From contig NC_057718.1 in NCBI RefSeq assembly GCF_004010195.1, positions 63,596,987 through 63,654,741 of the forward strand: a stretch of DNA of 57,755 nucleotides, in the 5' to 3' direction. Below are positions 1-12,404 of this stretch, piece after piece. The stretch's first letter is position 1; the number at the start of each line of letters is the position of its first letter. The notes beneath the pieces were generated by a model that made no database searches, was not told where the DNA came from, and saw only the letters and a program-made list of their open reading frames with translations. The position numbers and the translations under genes were made by a program. Origin of the DNA: Chiloscyllium plagiosum (Eukaryota).

Positions 1-305
1 CGAAGGAATTGGGAGAATGGGTTGGCGTTTTTACAGGGGGCAGGATGGGAGGAGGTGTAGTCCAGGTAGCTGTGTGAGTCGGTTGGTTTGTAGTAGATGT
101 CCGTGTTGATTCGGTCGCCTGAGGTAGAAATAGATAGGTCGAGGAAGGGGAGGGAGGAATCTGGGACTGTCCAGGTGAATTTGAGGTCGGGGTGGAAGGT
201 GTTGGTGAAGTGGATGAACTGTTCAACCTCCTCGTGGGAGCACGAGGTTGCGCCAATGCAGTCATCAATGTAGTGGAGGAAGAGGTGGGGAGTGGTGCCC
301 ATGGT
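1..305 (-). mobile_element. Penelope-like element RT fragment (continues beyond window start)
   Basis: Minus translation GTTPHLFLHYIDDCIGATSCSHEEVEQFIHFTNTFHPDLKFTWT...LPFLDL...DIYYKPTDSHSYLDY contains the PLE RT motifs YIDD, FLD and YYKPT. Homologous to 10490-10760(+). Confidence 0.9.
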
Positions 306-681
306 TCATGGATGAACTCGGATTTCACCAGTTTCCTCATTCTCCCTCCCCCCACCTTGTCTCAGTCAAATCCATCGAACTCAGCACCGCCTTCCTAACC
401 TGCAATCTTCTTCCTGACCTCTCCGACCCCACCCCAGTCTGACCTATCATCCTCACCTTGACCTCTTTCCACCTATCGCATTTCCGACGCCCCTCCCCCA
501 AGTCCCTCCTCCCTACCTTTTATCTTAGCCTGCTGGACAAACTTTCCTCATTCCTGAAGAAGGGCTTATGCCCGAAACGTCGATTCTCCTGTTCCCTGGA
601 TGCTGCCTGACCTGCTGCGCTTTTCCAGCAACACATGTTCGGCTCTGATCTCCAGCATCTGCAGCCCTCACTTTCTCCTCC
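306..681 (+). mobile_element. PLE pseudo-LTR/3' end, inverted relative to the adjacent RT fragment
   Basis: Pyrimidine-rich 3' UTR, hammerhead motif and tail ...ccagcatctgcagccctcactttctcc. Closely similar to 55950-56320. Confidence 0.88.
549..586 (+). ncRNA. Minimal type I hammerhead ribozyme motif (PLE)
   Basis: CTGAAGA(554-560)-A-GGGC ttat GCCC-GAAAC-GTC: intact core, stem II hairpin and palindromic ACGT stem III. Stem I is weak. Confidence 0.7.
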
Positions 682-1210
682 TGTTTCAAAGCAACCCCTA
701 ATGTCTCCAATGCTCGAGGCTGCCTGGAAAATTCCAGTTGGTCTCTGATCATTGTTACAATTGGCTTCTTAATCAGCTTCTTGTCAGTATGATGCTGGCA
801 GATAGTGTCAGCAAACTCAGTTCCTGCCCTCATATCAGGGTGAAAACCTAGTCTACAGAGTAGGCTGAAATCCGATCTGCTTAAATGTTTTCTAAAATTG
901 CACTGGAATACAGCATGACCATCAATTTGTAAAGATGAACTGTTCACTTCAACTTGCGAACACTAACAAAATAGATTATTGAAGACAAGAATTTAGACTT
1001 ATTTCTACTGACAAGATTGCAGCAGTAAAAGTTGAAAACTTTGGGGGACAAATCCAACTCTACTTCAATACTGCCAATGGGAGTAGAATGCCTACTTTCC
1101 TGCTGCTATATTCTCAGTATCTAAGATCCAAATGCAATGCTTGGTTCAAACGTTATTGCAATGTCACGGTCAGTTCACCTTTTTAGAGACATTTGATACG
1201 ATATACTCAC

Positions 1211-1260
1211 ATTGTTGCATTCTCCCACAAAATATAATGAAAATCCATCAGCCATCGTAG
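1211..1260 (-). CDS. PDE10A: PDE10A 50-nt coding exon (GAF-A)
   Basis: tgttttgcAG|CTACGATGGCTGATGGATTTTCATTATATTTTGTGGGAGAATGCAACAAT|GTGAGT translates (A)TMADGFSLYFVGECNN. Recalled human sequence is ATKADGFALYFLGECNN. The phase-1 start matches the preceding exon. Confidence 0.95.
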
Positions 1261-1444
1261 CTGCAAAACAGTAATAGAGAAAGGTATAAAATAATTAGGA
1301 CACAGTTACAACACAGCATTCATAGTGTTTTTAGGGAAAGCTTAGAGTTTCTACTCCATTTGCAATATCATAAAGGAAAAATAGAAAGACAGGGAAATAA
1401 AATTAAAACCTACTCAAATAATTTTTATGATGCTTAATTAAATA

Positions 1445-2395
1445 TCAGTGTATCTGCGGCACAACTAGCTAATGGGCAGGAAACAGCAAGTGGAGTTTTT
1501 TTGTTAAAGTTGGCGACCTGTGATTAATGGGGTTCCACAGGGATCAATGTTGGGACCGTAACTGTTTACAATATATATCAATGACTTGGAACAAGGAAGC
1601 AAATAACTTGCAGCCAAGCTCACACATGATACAAAAATAGGTAAAAAGGCAGGTTGCAAAAGAGATAGAAACTATTCACAGTAAAATATTCATAGAATAA
1701 GTGTGCATAAAGTTGGCAAATGATGTGAAGTTGCTCATTTTGGAGAAAGATAACAAAACAACAGAATATTATTTAAATGAATAAAAAATACTCCAGAAAA
1801 CTGCAACACAAAGAGACTTGGGAGTAGTCGTGCACAAAACACAAAACTAGTACATAGGTACAGCAGGCAACGAGGAAGGCTAAAGGAATGTTAGTCCTTA
1901 TTTCAAGAGGGTTGGAGTTTAAACAGCCTTACTGCAGCTGGACAAGGTGCTGCTGAGATCACACCTGGAGCATTGTTAGCAGTTTTGGTCCCCTTATTTA
2001 AGGAAAAATACCATTTCATTGGAGGCAGCTTAGAGAAGGTTCACTATGATGATTGCTATTATGGAAAGATTTTCTTATGAACAAATATTAAACAGGTTGG
2101 AACTCTACTCACTGGAATTTTGAAGAACGAGAGGTGATCTCATTGAATGCTGAGGGGGTGTTTCCTCTCATGGGAGAGCATAGGACTAGTGAGCATAGTC
2201 TCAGAATAAAGGGACGTCAATTTAAGACTGAAATGACATAGATTTTCTTCTCTCAGAGGGTTGAGAACATTTGAAATTCCTCACCACCGATAACTGTGGG
2301 AGCAGAGTCATTGCGTACATTTAAGAGTGAGACAGATTGTCCAGTAGGTAAATCGAGGATTATGGGGAAAGGGCAGGAAAATGGACATAAGAGAA
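1445..2395 (+). mobile_element. CR1 LINE, 5'-truncated and degenerate (RT C-terminal half)
   Basis: WRPVINGVPQGSMLGP.LFTIYINDL, HDTKIG, RSHLEHC, RGDLIE and FFSQRVENI motifs with many stops. Confidence 0.9.
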
Positions 2396-2934
2396 AAAGC
2401 AAATGTTTTCCATCAAAACCAGGTTTCATTTTGGGATCATACTTGTCCAATAGTAATAGCAGCAGGATTACAACACAAGTTAATCCAAGGAACCTTTAGC
2501 TAAGAAATTAAAGATCGACAATGGAGATGTAATGAATTCTGGAGCATCAATTTTAGACACAAAGTGAGGCAAGTATTGAAAATGGCTACTGGCAACTAGG
2601 TGACCTGCTAGTTCTGCAGATCCATCAAATCTCCAGACCATGGGATGTGTGAGGTTGAGGATGGGCTACTGGCATAATCTATTCCCTTCCTGTAAACGTC
2701 ACTTAAGATTAATTGTCGAAGAATGACTGGGACTTTCCTGTCAACCCCCATGTCAGCTCTGTCAACAGACAATAGTGAGGCTGCCTGGCAACCATTTTCT
2801 AGCTGCAGATTGGGATGGCCAGAAATTCAGGCAAGCATAGAGACAATCTGTGCCGACATATATTCAGCTCAAGCTGCAGTGTCTTTTGGAACTCAATCCC
2901 ATTCCCCTCAAAGCGGTGGTTCAGTAGCTGGATT

Positions 2935-3248
2935 TGATTAGATTAGATTACTTACAGCATAGAAACAAGCCCTTTGGCCCAACAGGTCCACACTGACCCG
3001 CTGAAGGGCAACCCACCCAAACCCATTTCCCTACATTTACCCCTTACCTAACACTACGGGCAATTTAGCATGGCCAATTCACCTCACCTGCACATTTTTG
3101 GACTGTGGGAGGAAACCGGAGCACCCAGAGGAAACCCATGCAGACACGGGGAGAATGTGCAAACTCCACACAGACAGTCACCTGAGGTGGGAATTGAACC
3201 TGGGTCTCTGGTGCTGTGAGGCAGCAGTGCTAACCACTGTGCCACCCA
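2935..3248 (-). mobile_element. tRNA-derived V-SINE (HE1-like) with CR1-derived tail
   Basis: Reverse complement has A/B boxes (GTGGCACAGTGGTTAGC...GGTTCAATTCC), the V-domain (TGTGTGGAGTTTGCACATTCTCCCCGTGTCTGC) and a (TCTAA)n tail. Confidence 0.92.
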
Positions 3249-3316
3249 CATTTTTAATTTTAGAAATTTGAAGAATTTCATCTTCTTCTCCCTCATTTGT
3301 CGGCCATGAAATATTG

Positions 3317-3627
3317 CTGGAGACAAAAATAATGCAGATGCTGGAATCGAAAGTAGTCAAGCAGGAGGCTGGAAGAATACAGCAAGCAAGGCAGCATCAG
3401 GAGGTGGAGAAGTTAATGTTTCGGGTATAACTGTTCTTCAGGAATGGAGTTGGGGTAGGGGGAGCTACAGGTAAAGAGAGACCCCCCTCTCCCCACCCAA
3501 ACCATCCCCCTTTTTATCTGTAGCTTTCCCTCCACTCACCTCCATTCGTGAAGAAGGGTTATATCAGAAACATTGGCTTTTCCATCTCCTGATGCTGCCT
3601 GACTTGCTGTGTTCTTCCAGCCTCTTG
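3317..3627. mobile_element. Fold-back PLE mini-insertion (older) with 12-bp TSD
   Basis: Two inverted PLE termini with degenerate hammerheads, flanked by CATGAAATATTG (3305-3316) and CACGAAATATTG (3628-3639), which differ at one CpG position. Confidence 0.8.
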
Positions 3628-4189
3628 CACGAAATATTGAGAGTACTTCCAAGCTGGGAGATTTCTATTTGCCTCTTACATCAGGAATCTGCCTGCTGTT
3701 AATTAGGCAATGAGTCTCCTCTCTAGTGATTAAGTGGCCAATTCAGAAAAATCACAAGTGAATGCCATAGTCAGTGCTTCTGACCCCCATTTGGGCCCAA
3801 CAATGGGGTCCCAAAGCCCACCGGGAAAATTCTACATCTTACAATTTAATAATGATTTGCTTATATTTGGAGACATAGCCATAAAAATAGAAAGAAATTT
3901 AACAGTAAGAAAATAATTACTTGGCCTGCTGAACTTATTCCTTAATGTTAATTTCATCATACGATTTTAGTGTATTTTTAGCAAGCTCAATTTCATTGCT
4001 TCTACAATTTTAATCGGTTGTGTAGTTCTAATAATTATGATTACATTAATGTTGTTAAACAGATTTTTGATATACATTTTATATTTACTTAATGATTAAT
4101 GTTTATATATGGCCGGTCCTCTTTCCATGTTATGTTTTGAACAATCTGGGTTTATTTTATAACATTTAATGTCCTTGATAAATTATGGG

Positions 4190-4368
4190 CAGAAAACCAA
4201 GAGAGCAAATGTGGCCTCCATTTAATGTCCAATCCAAAAGATGGTTCCTCCAACAATGCAGTATTCCTAGTATAGGGTTGAAATTTTGGCTAAGACTTAT
4301 GTTTAAATCTCTGGAGTGTCATTGAACCATAACAGTTTAAATAAAAATGCCACCACAAAACCAAGACA
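4190..4368 (-). mobile_element. Ancient DeuSINE-like (SacSINE1/AmnSINE-type) fragment
   Basis: tttaatgtccaatccaaaagatggttcctccaacaatgcagtattcc...ttatgtttaaatctctggagtg...ttgaacc resembles the recalled Deu-domain and tRNA-head consensus in antisense. Confidence 0.55.
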
Positions 4369-4639
4369 CAGAGCGAATTTGACAGGCAGTGGAAAGTGCA
4401 AGCCAATGGGAAATTGGACATGATGGCTAAAATCTGCAAGGTGACAACATCAGCCAAATACAATTGCTCATCATTCTTAAAGTATCAAAGTTACTCAAAG
4501 AGAATTTTGGCTTGTTTTGCCATTTTTTTAAAAAAGAAAACAACACTTGGGACATATGATATTCATTTTTTTGTGACTTAGAAGTGTCTCATTTGTGATT
4601 TACTAAGTGTTCACTGCTACAACTTGTAGATTTTCCTGT

Positions 4640-5212
4640 CAGGCGATCCCATCATGGGGTGCCCATGCTTGTTGTACTTGTACTAATCTGACACATCCAC
4701 TGTAGCTCACCTGAAAACACTTATGTGGCATCTAATTATGTCCAAAGGTCGATCCCCCTTTCTGCTGCCCTTCGTTTTGCCTCAACAAGAGATCGCCATT
4801 GCTTTTCAGCTCCAATGAAATGGCCAAAATACTGACACTTCCTTTTCTGAATGACATTTTCTAGCTTCCACAAATTCGAGTTTCTCCACTTGTCTTGTGG
4901 TCCGCAAGTGGAACTTCTAGTATACGTCTTAGCATCTATATCCCAAAAGGCCTCTGTGTTCTTGTACAGATCTTTAATTTTTGTTCACATTTCGGAGGCA
5001 GACAGGAATGTGGACAGAGTGTGGCATCTTATGATGTTTCTTTGCTTGTTACAAGCTTGAGATTTCTTGCGTTAATGCATCTTTCATCTGCACAAAATTA
5101 CTTCTGGCTACATCGGTCTTTCTTCTAACTTCAGTGACCCATCATTTTGTTTTATCTTCATCATCTTAAATAGACAAACTTAGCTACTTGCAACTGTACA
5201 ATACCATCCACT
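4640..5212 (-). mobile_element. RTE-clade LINE, 3' part (old, degenerate)
   Basis: Minus translation across frameshifts gives VDG..QVAKFVYL, EVRRKTDVARSNFVQMK, RILEVPLADHKT and IQKRKCQYFGHF, which are RTE C-terminal motifs. Confidence 0.75.
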
Positions 5213-5214
5213 AC

Positions 5215-8200
5215 GAACCAAGGAACCAGAGTAGGCCACTTGGCCCTTCAAACTGCTTCATCATTCAATAAAATCATAGCTGATCTAATTTTAATCCCAA
5301 CTTCACATTCCTGCATATCCCGATAATCTTTCATCCCCTTGTAATCAAGAATCTATTCTCTACTGCCTTCAAAAATTTAAAGATTCGGTATCCACAGCCT
5401 TTTGAGGAAAGGAATTCCAAAATTATCAACCCTTTGAGAGAAAACAATGTCTCATTTCTGTCTTAAGTCAGCATCTCCATATTTTTAAAGTATAACCCTA
5501 GTTCTAAATTCTCAGAAAGAGGAAACATCCATTTGACATCCACCCGGTCAGGTCCCCTCAGGATCTTATATGCTTTAATTAAGTCTCCCCTGATTTTTCT
5601 AAAGTGGGCAGCACAGTGTCTGAGTGGTTAGCACTGCTGCCTCAGAACACCAGAGACCTAGGTTCGATTCCACGACGGGTGACTGTCTGTGTGGAGTTTG
5701 CACGGGTCTGCACGTGTTTCCTCCCAAAGTTTAAAGATGTGCAAGTTAGGTGCATTGGCCATACTAAAGTGCCCATAGTGTTCAGGGATGTGCAGGCAAC
5801 ATGAGTTAACCATGGCAAATGCAGGGTTACAGGGATAGAGTAAGGGGATGGGTCTGGATGGCTTGCTTTTTGGACAGTCGGTGTGGACCCGTTGGGCCGA
5901 ATGACCTGCTTCTGCACTGTAGGGATTCTACGATGTCCACAGGATTTAGGCCTAGCTTATCTAGCCTTTCTTCATAGAGCAATCTGTTCATTCTAGATAT
6001 CAATCTACCAAACTCTCTCTGAACTCTTTCCAATACATTAACATCTTTCTACAAGTACGGCAATCAATACCTTTTAACCTCACCAATGCCCTGAACACCT
6101 GAAACATCCTACTATGGAATTCAATTTCCCTTGCAATAAACCATAATATTCTATTAACTTACCTGATTACTTGCTGGACCTGCATACTAACCTTCTGCAT
6201 GTCATGCATTAGGCCACAGATATCTCCTCATTGTCTCACCATTTAGATAATATACATTTTTTTTCTGCCAAAATAGACAATGTCATACTTTCCTACATTG
6301 CACTCCATTTGCCAGATCATTGCCAACTCAACCTATCTATATCCCTTTGTTATCTCGTTGCATATTCTTCACAAATCATTTTCTTACTTAACTTTGTGTG
6401 TAATTGCTTGTGTAATCAAGCAATGTAGTTACAATATCTTCAAACCCTTCATATAAATAATTTGTATAAACCGTGCACAACTGAAGTCCCAGCACTGCCC
6501 TTGTGGTATACCATTCATTACATCTTACCAGCCTGAATAAAGACTCACTTATTCCTACTCTCTGCTTCCTGTTAGCCAGCTAATCTTCTATTCATGCCAG
6601 AATATTACTCCCGAGACCATGAGCTTTTATTTTCAACAATAATCTTTGACATGGCACCTTATCAAACACCTTCTGGAAATCTCTGCACAATACATCCATT
6701 GGTTCCCCTTTATCTACAGCACAAGTTACTTCTTCAAATAACTCCAATAAATTATTTAAACATGATATCCCTTTGACAAAACTATGTATCTAATTAGAAT
6801 AGGGAATTTGGATAAATTCAAGGTAATAATTTTAATAATAGCTTTTCCCTATGACTGATTTTAATCTAACTGGTGTATAGTTTCCTTCTTTCTAGTTCTC
6901 TCCCTTTTTGAATAAAAGAGTTACATTAACTATTTTCTAATTTAAAAATGAACTTTACACAAATTTAATCAGTTTTGGAAAATTGAAACCAATGCATCAA
7001 CTATCTCACTAGCTCTCCATCCTAGGGAAAAGACAACTACCATCAACTCTATCTATACCACTCATTGTTTTATAAACTTCTAACAGGTCGTCTCTCAACC
7101 TCCTATGCTCTCGTGAAAAAATCCTGCCTTTCTTTATAACTCAAACCTTTCAAAACCAGCAACACCCTGGTAAATCTCTCCAGCTTGATAATACCCTTCC
7201 TGTATCTGGAAGACCAGTTTTTTTCTATTCTGTCTAATCTTCTGACCTGCTACCTGTCTGCACAATTATATGTCTTTTTGTTAAGATTAATACTATCTTC
7301 AACTTTCTTAGTTAACCATGGATGGCGGGTCTATCTCTGAGAACCTTTCTTCCTTGTTGGAATATATCAATTCAGCGCTTTCTGGGATATCCCCTTAAAC
7401 TTTTGTCATGGCATCTCTATTGACCTATTACTCTAAGTTGCCAGTTCATTTTTGCTACTCTGCTTTCATGCTCTCATAACTGCCCTTGTTTAAATTCAGA
7501 CTAGTCTTGGGCCCACACTTCTCGCCCTTGAATAACATGTAAAATTCAATTATATCATTGTCGCAGAGATTTTCATTAAATTCTGAAATTAATCTTATTT
7601 CATTGGTCAAAACCAGGCCTAGCATAGCTTGCTGTCTGGTTGGTGCCATAAGAAATTCTCCGGAAAACATTTAATGAATTCTCCTCTAAACTATTTTTTC
7701 CAATCTGGCTTTTTTAGTCTTTAGATAGGTTAAAATGCAAGCATGATAATTGTTGTACCCTGTTGACAAGCTCCCATTATTTCTTCCTTGATACCATATC
7801 TGACCAAATAATTACTGTTAGGGGACCTGTACACAACTCCCACAAGTAATGACCTGTTTTATCATTCCTCATCTCCACCAGATCCTAGTTTCCTCAATTT
7901 AACTCATTCCCCCCTATTGTGTCAATATCATCTTCAATAAACAGAGCTACACCTCCACCATTTCCTTGCTTCTTGTTTTTCCTACATGTCATATACCATT
8001 CAATACCCAGGTCCTAATTTCAGTCATCCCATAGTCATGCCTCAGTTATGGTGACCAGATTGTACTTATTTATCTCAATTTATACTATTAGTTCATCATG
8101 TTTTGTTTTGAATGCTTCATGTATTCAAACCGTGCCTTAAGTTGTATCCTTTTATTATTGTTGTTACCTCTAGTCTTTTCTGCTGATTTGTTCTTAGATC

Positions 8201-9190
8201 TGCAGTCTCTGCCTCTGCCTGTCAATGTACGCTTATCATTTCCCACATGAACTCCTCCTTCTGTTGCATTTTCTCCACTGGTTTCAAATTTTGGCCCTTG
8301 GCCCCACTATTTTGTTTAAAATCCACTCTACTTCCCAATAACATGGTTCAAATGTAGATCGTCCCAGCATTAGAGAGGCCACATTCCTCAGCATTAATGC
8401 CAGAGCTTCACGAACCAGAACTTGCTTCTCCCACACATTTGTTTAGCCACATATTCATCTTCCTAACCTTGTTAACCTTATGCCAATTTGCACATGGCTC
8501 AGACAATAATCCAAAGATTATTACCTTTGAGGTTCTGCTTCTCATACTGGCTATGTAAAACATGACGTTCTACCTATGTCATTGATGCCTACATGGACTT
8601 TGATAACTGAAACCGCCCTCTCCCACTGTTAGTTTTTCTTCAGCCCAGAGCATACGTCCTGAACCTTGGCACTGACAAGATAACACAGCTATCTGGACAC
8701 TGACTCTTTGCTGCAGAGAACAGTGACAATCCCCTGACGATGCTCTCTTCTACTGCCACTAGATTCCTTTTGGCTCCCTCTCACTTGAAATGCTTCTAGT
8801 ACCACATTATCATAACCATTTAGCCCACTCATCCCAGACCTCCACTCTCAACCAAACAAACTGAGAGAACTTCAAGCCTGTTGGACAATTGCTGAGGTTG
8901 ATACTCCTGTCCTCTGGGTCCCCTTACTTACATCACTTGCAGTCACACCCCATTGTCTGTGGCCACTGACCATATCAGGACATCTTATCCTGAAGAGATG
9001 AGACTGCCTTCTGGTCCAAAGAATCCAGTTAACATTCCTCCTCCTTGATGCATCACATTGTCTGTACTTGAGTCTCCAGCTCATAAACTGAGCAGTAGCT
9101 GCTTGAAATTCAAACATCACAGATATTTGCCCAAATCAGAATAATTTCCTTGAGCTCCCACATATCACAGCTTTGACAGATCACCTGTAC
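5215..9190 (-). mobile_element. CR1 LINE, near full length and degenerate (ORF1 SGNH-esterase type plus ORF2 EN/RT)
   Basis: 3' tail at 5215 (gaaccagagtaggccac). RT and EN remnants include LGLVLTNE. ORF1 esterase remnant RSRTSKVIIFGLLSEPCANW at about 8480-8545. It splits the RTE element and carries a SINE. Confidence 0.85.
5604..5935 (+). mobile_element. HE1-like V-SINE inserted in CR1
   Basis: gtggttagcactgctgcc...ggttcgattcc, V-domain tgtgtggagtttgcac, tail ctgtagggattcta. Confidence 0.9.
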
Positions 9191-9309
9191 TACCATTCTT
9201 AATGAGCTTTAATTAGTTACGTTATTTACTTTTTAACGCCAATTTTAAATGAGTTGTCTTCACTTTATTGCCAATGTATTGACAATTTTAAAACTTGAAA
9301 TAGATAAAA

Positions 9310-10120
9310 TATTCTAGTTTCTTTTGTATTCTAAATACAATTGTTTTGGTCATTTTAGTCTTCATACTCTATCCGTATTCGAAACTTCTGGATTTTGTTT
9401 GAACTCTGATATTGTGTGGGGCCTTTTCTGATTCTGCAAGTAGCATTGTGTCATCATCGCACAAATTTTATGTGTCCATGCTACCAATTTCTATCTTTGA
9501 AAATACACCTGATTCTTTGAATACTTGTCCTGTGTACAAAGTGATTAATTTTGTTCACAGTGAAGAACCTGGCAGTATTCCTTTCTCAATTTGAAACATA
9601 TTGGATTATTTCACTTTTAGTCTGATGTTCGGTATTTGGTTCTCTCTCATATCCCCACAGCTTTACTTTGCAAGTCACATTTCAACTAACAGATTTTTAA
9701 AACTTTTGGTGATAAATATAATGGAATACTTTTTGATATTTTATGGAACAAATGTAAAAGGTTTTTTTCTACTTCTGGATATTAATCAAAGACTGTTCTT
9801 AGGTTAAATATAACTTCCTCTTGTTCCTTATCCAGGTCTAAATTCAGAAGGTGTGTTACCAATTTCTGCAAATGTGCTACCATTTTCTACAATGATTTTT
9901 CTGAACACATTAATAAGATGGTTCATAAACCTGTAGATGTAAAATTATGTTTTAGGTCTCTTAACGAACAAATATCAATGTCTCAAATCACTGAACCAAA
10001 TATATATGAAAGGATAGTTCTCAGACATTTGTTGCATTCCTTATTCTATTTCCCACAGGCATTTAGATGTTTTGCTATGATGTCATCTATGGCTTCAATT
10101 CATCAGTTTCATGACTGATC
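9310..10120 (-). mobile_element. RTE-clade LINE RT core (same element as 4640-5212)
   Basis: Minus translation LMNHLINVFRKII...EIGNTPSEFRPG.GTR...FQIEKGILPGSSL...LYTGQVF...DDTMLLAESE...TKTIVF. It continues directly into the piece at 5212. Confidence 0.75.
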
Positions 10121-10249
10121 TGAAATGCTCAGCTTTACTTTCCTGCCTTTTCCCCATAACACTCAACTCCCCTCTGAGCGGGTAAGAAGGAGTGAACTAA
10201 CTCCCCTCTTTTCTACAATCTCAGTTAGTTACTTTTATCATGGGGCTAG

Positions 10250-12130
10250 ATCGTTCTCCAATCAAGTGTTACCAAGAAAATTCTCTGATGACATACATCT
10301 TTTAGCAACCAAAAGGCTGGAGACATGGAGAAGTCTAGGTGGAGTAAAGGTTGGTGAAACGTTTTAGATACAGGATAAAAAAAATCAATTTGCGTTGGGA
10401 TCCAGACCAAAGGGGTAGCCATTGGCACCCGCATGGACCCCAGCAATGCCCACCTCTTCGTCAGGTACTTGGAACAGTTCATCTTCCACAGTTACACCAG
10501 CACCATTCCACACCTTTTCCTCCACTACATTGATGACTGTATGGTGCCACCTTGTGCTCCCACCAGGAGATTGAACAGTTCATCACCTTCACAAACACCT
10601 TCCACCCTGCCCTCAAGTTCACCTGGACCATCATCTCGGACACCTCCCTCTCCTTCCTGGACTTCTCCATCATCATTTCCAGCGACCAACTCAACACGAA
10701 CATCTACTACAAACCCAACAACTCCCACAGCTACCTGGACTACACTTTCCCCCCACCCTGCCTCCAGTAAAAATGCTATCCCTTACTTCAAATTCCTCTG
10801 CTGCATCTGGTCCCAGAAGGACCAATACCACCACAGAACATCTCAAATGGCCTCCTTCTTCAAAGACCACAATTTCCCCTCCCACCTAGTCGATGATGCC
10901 CTCAAGCGTATCTCCTCTACTTCCTGCACCTCTGCCCTTGAACACCACCCCTCTAATCACAATAAGAACAGAGCCCCTTCAGTTCTTACCTTCCACCCCA
11001 TCAACCTCCTGAAACATTGCATCATCCTCCGCAACTCCCTTGTTAGGTCCACACCCCCCACTCCCAACACCTTCCATTGCCACTGCAAGAAGTGCAAAAC
11101 CTAAGCACACACCTCCCCCCTCACCTCTGTCCAAGGCCCCCAAAGGATCCTTCCACATCCGACAGAGATTTACCTGCATTTTCACACACGTCATCTACTC
11201 TCTCTGTTGCTCTCAATGTGGTTTCCTCTACACTGGGGAGACAGGACACCAACTTGTGGAGCGTTTCAGAGAACCCCTCTGGGACACAGGCACTAATTAA
11301 CCCCACTGCCCTGTGGCCAAACAATTTATCTCCCCCTCCCACACCGTCAAGGAGGGCCTTCTCCACCGCCAAAATCTATCCACCCAAAAGAATAACGTCT
11401 CATCTTCCACCTTGGGACCCTCCAACCATGCAGGATCAATGTGGATTTCACCAGTTTCCCTATTTCCCCTCCCCCCATCTTCGCCCAGATCCAACCTTCC
11501 AACTTGGCACCACCCTCTTGAATTGTCCTACCTGTCCATCTTCCTTCCCACTTATCTGCTCCACCCTGATCAATTACCTTCTCCCCACCTTCATCTACCT
11601 ATCGCACTCTCAACTACATTCCCACAGGCCCCATTCCCCTCCAATTTATCTCTCAGCCCCCTTGGGCTGTGCCCCCATCCTTCCCCACCCACTCCTGATG
11701 AAGCGTTTATGCTCGAAACGTTGACTCTCCTGCTCCTCGAATGCTGCCTGACCAGCTGTGCTTTTCCAGCACCGCACTCACCGACTCTGAAGTGGACAGA
11801 AATTCAAATCATCCACTTGTGGAAACAATTAAACTGAAACTGAAGATACCAGAAAAGAAAATGCCACCATTTAGACTCTGAGATGTTTAAGGATGAATCA
11901 GAGAGGCCCTTTTTTTTGTTTTAAAAAATTGAATATTTCAGATTTGAAGAATTAGAACAAATTGAGTTCTTGGGAAAAAAAATTAGAAAGCAACTGGAAA
12001 AACATGAACCAAAGTATACAATTTACCACAAAGGAAATATTACCAAAACGGAAAAGACAGAGACAAGAGGTGAAGTCTGCATAAGAAAGATGAGAGTAGG
12101 AAGACAAAAATTACTAATAAATGTAATGAC
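10250..12130 (+). mobile_element. RTE-like APE endonuclease end and linker, split by the PLE (pieces about 10250-10398 and 11790-12130)
   Basis: KRLETWRSLGG...KRFR, then NSNHPLVETIKLKLK (SDH-like) and FEELE...LESNWKNM...EILPKRKRQ. Confidence 0.5.
10399..11789 (+). mobile_element. Penelope-like element, 5'-truncated (RT, GIY-YIG, pLTR)
   Basis: QTKGVAIGTRM...LFLHYIDD, then IYYKP and the GIY-YIG motif VIYSLCCSQCGFLYTGET. Hammerhead-like CTGATGA(11695)...GAAACGTT. Frameshifted. Confidence 0.92.
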
Positions 12131-12404
12131 CAGTTTCAGATTTTACATTTATTGCTCCTTTTAAACTCCTCAGTAAATAGAAGTAACCACTCTAACTATC
12201 CTATCAATCAAATTGCAAGTTTTAAAGATCAGATCCACCTTTAAACTTCAGCTCGTCTGCTCAGGATTTTCAGTAATTTCCCATCTCTTATCCATGAACT
12301 TTTCATTACTAGCAATTGTTTGTCCCTTTTCTACAGAATATATTCCCTCGGAGTCTATTAATCACCTTTTAAGCAATTTAAAATGTTGTTCTACATCTCA
12401 GACC

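Noticed and set aside
525..947. 140-aa minus-strand ORF close to the 50-nt PDE10A exon
   Set aside because: It does not resemble the next PDE10A exon and runs into a PLE terminus. It has only a faint resemblance to an RTE-like C-terminus, too weak to call.
2400..2930. Unclassified segment (also 3640-3832), possibly a non-autonomous DNA element
   Set aside because: No TIR pair, TSD or coding motif could be established by eye.
4700..5170. Apparent minus-strand exon with a CAG|GTGAG donor
   Set aside because: It contains stops and frameshifts and translates as an RTE C-terminus.
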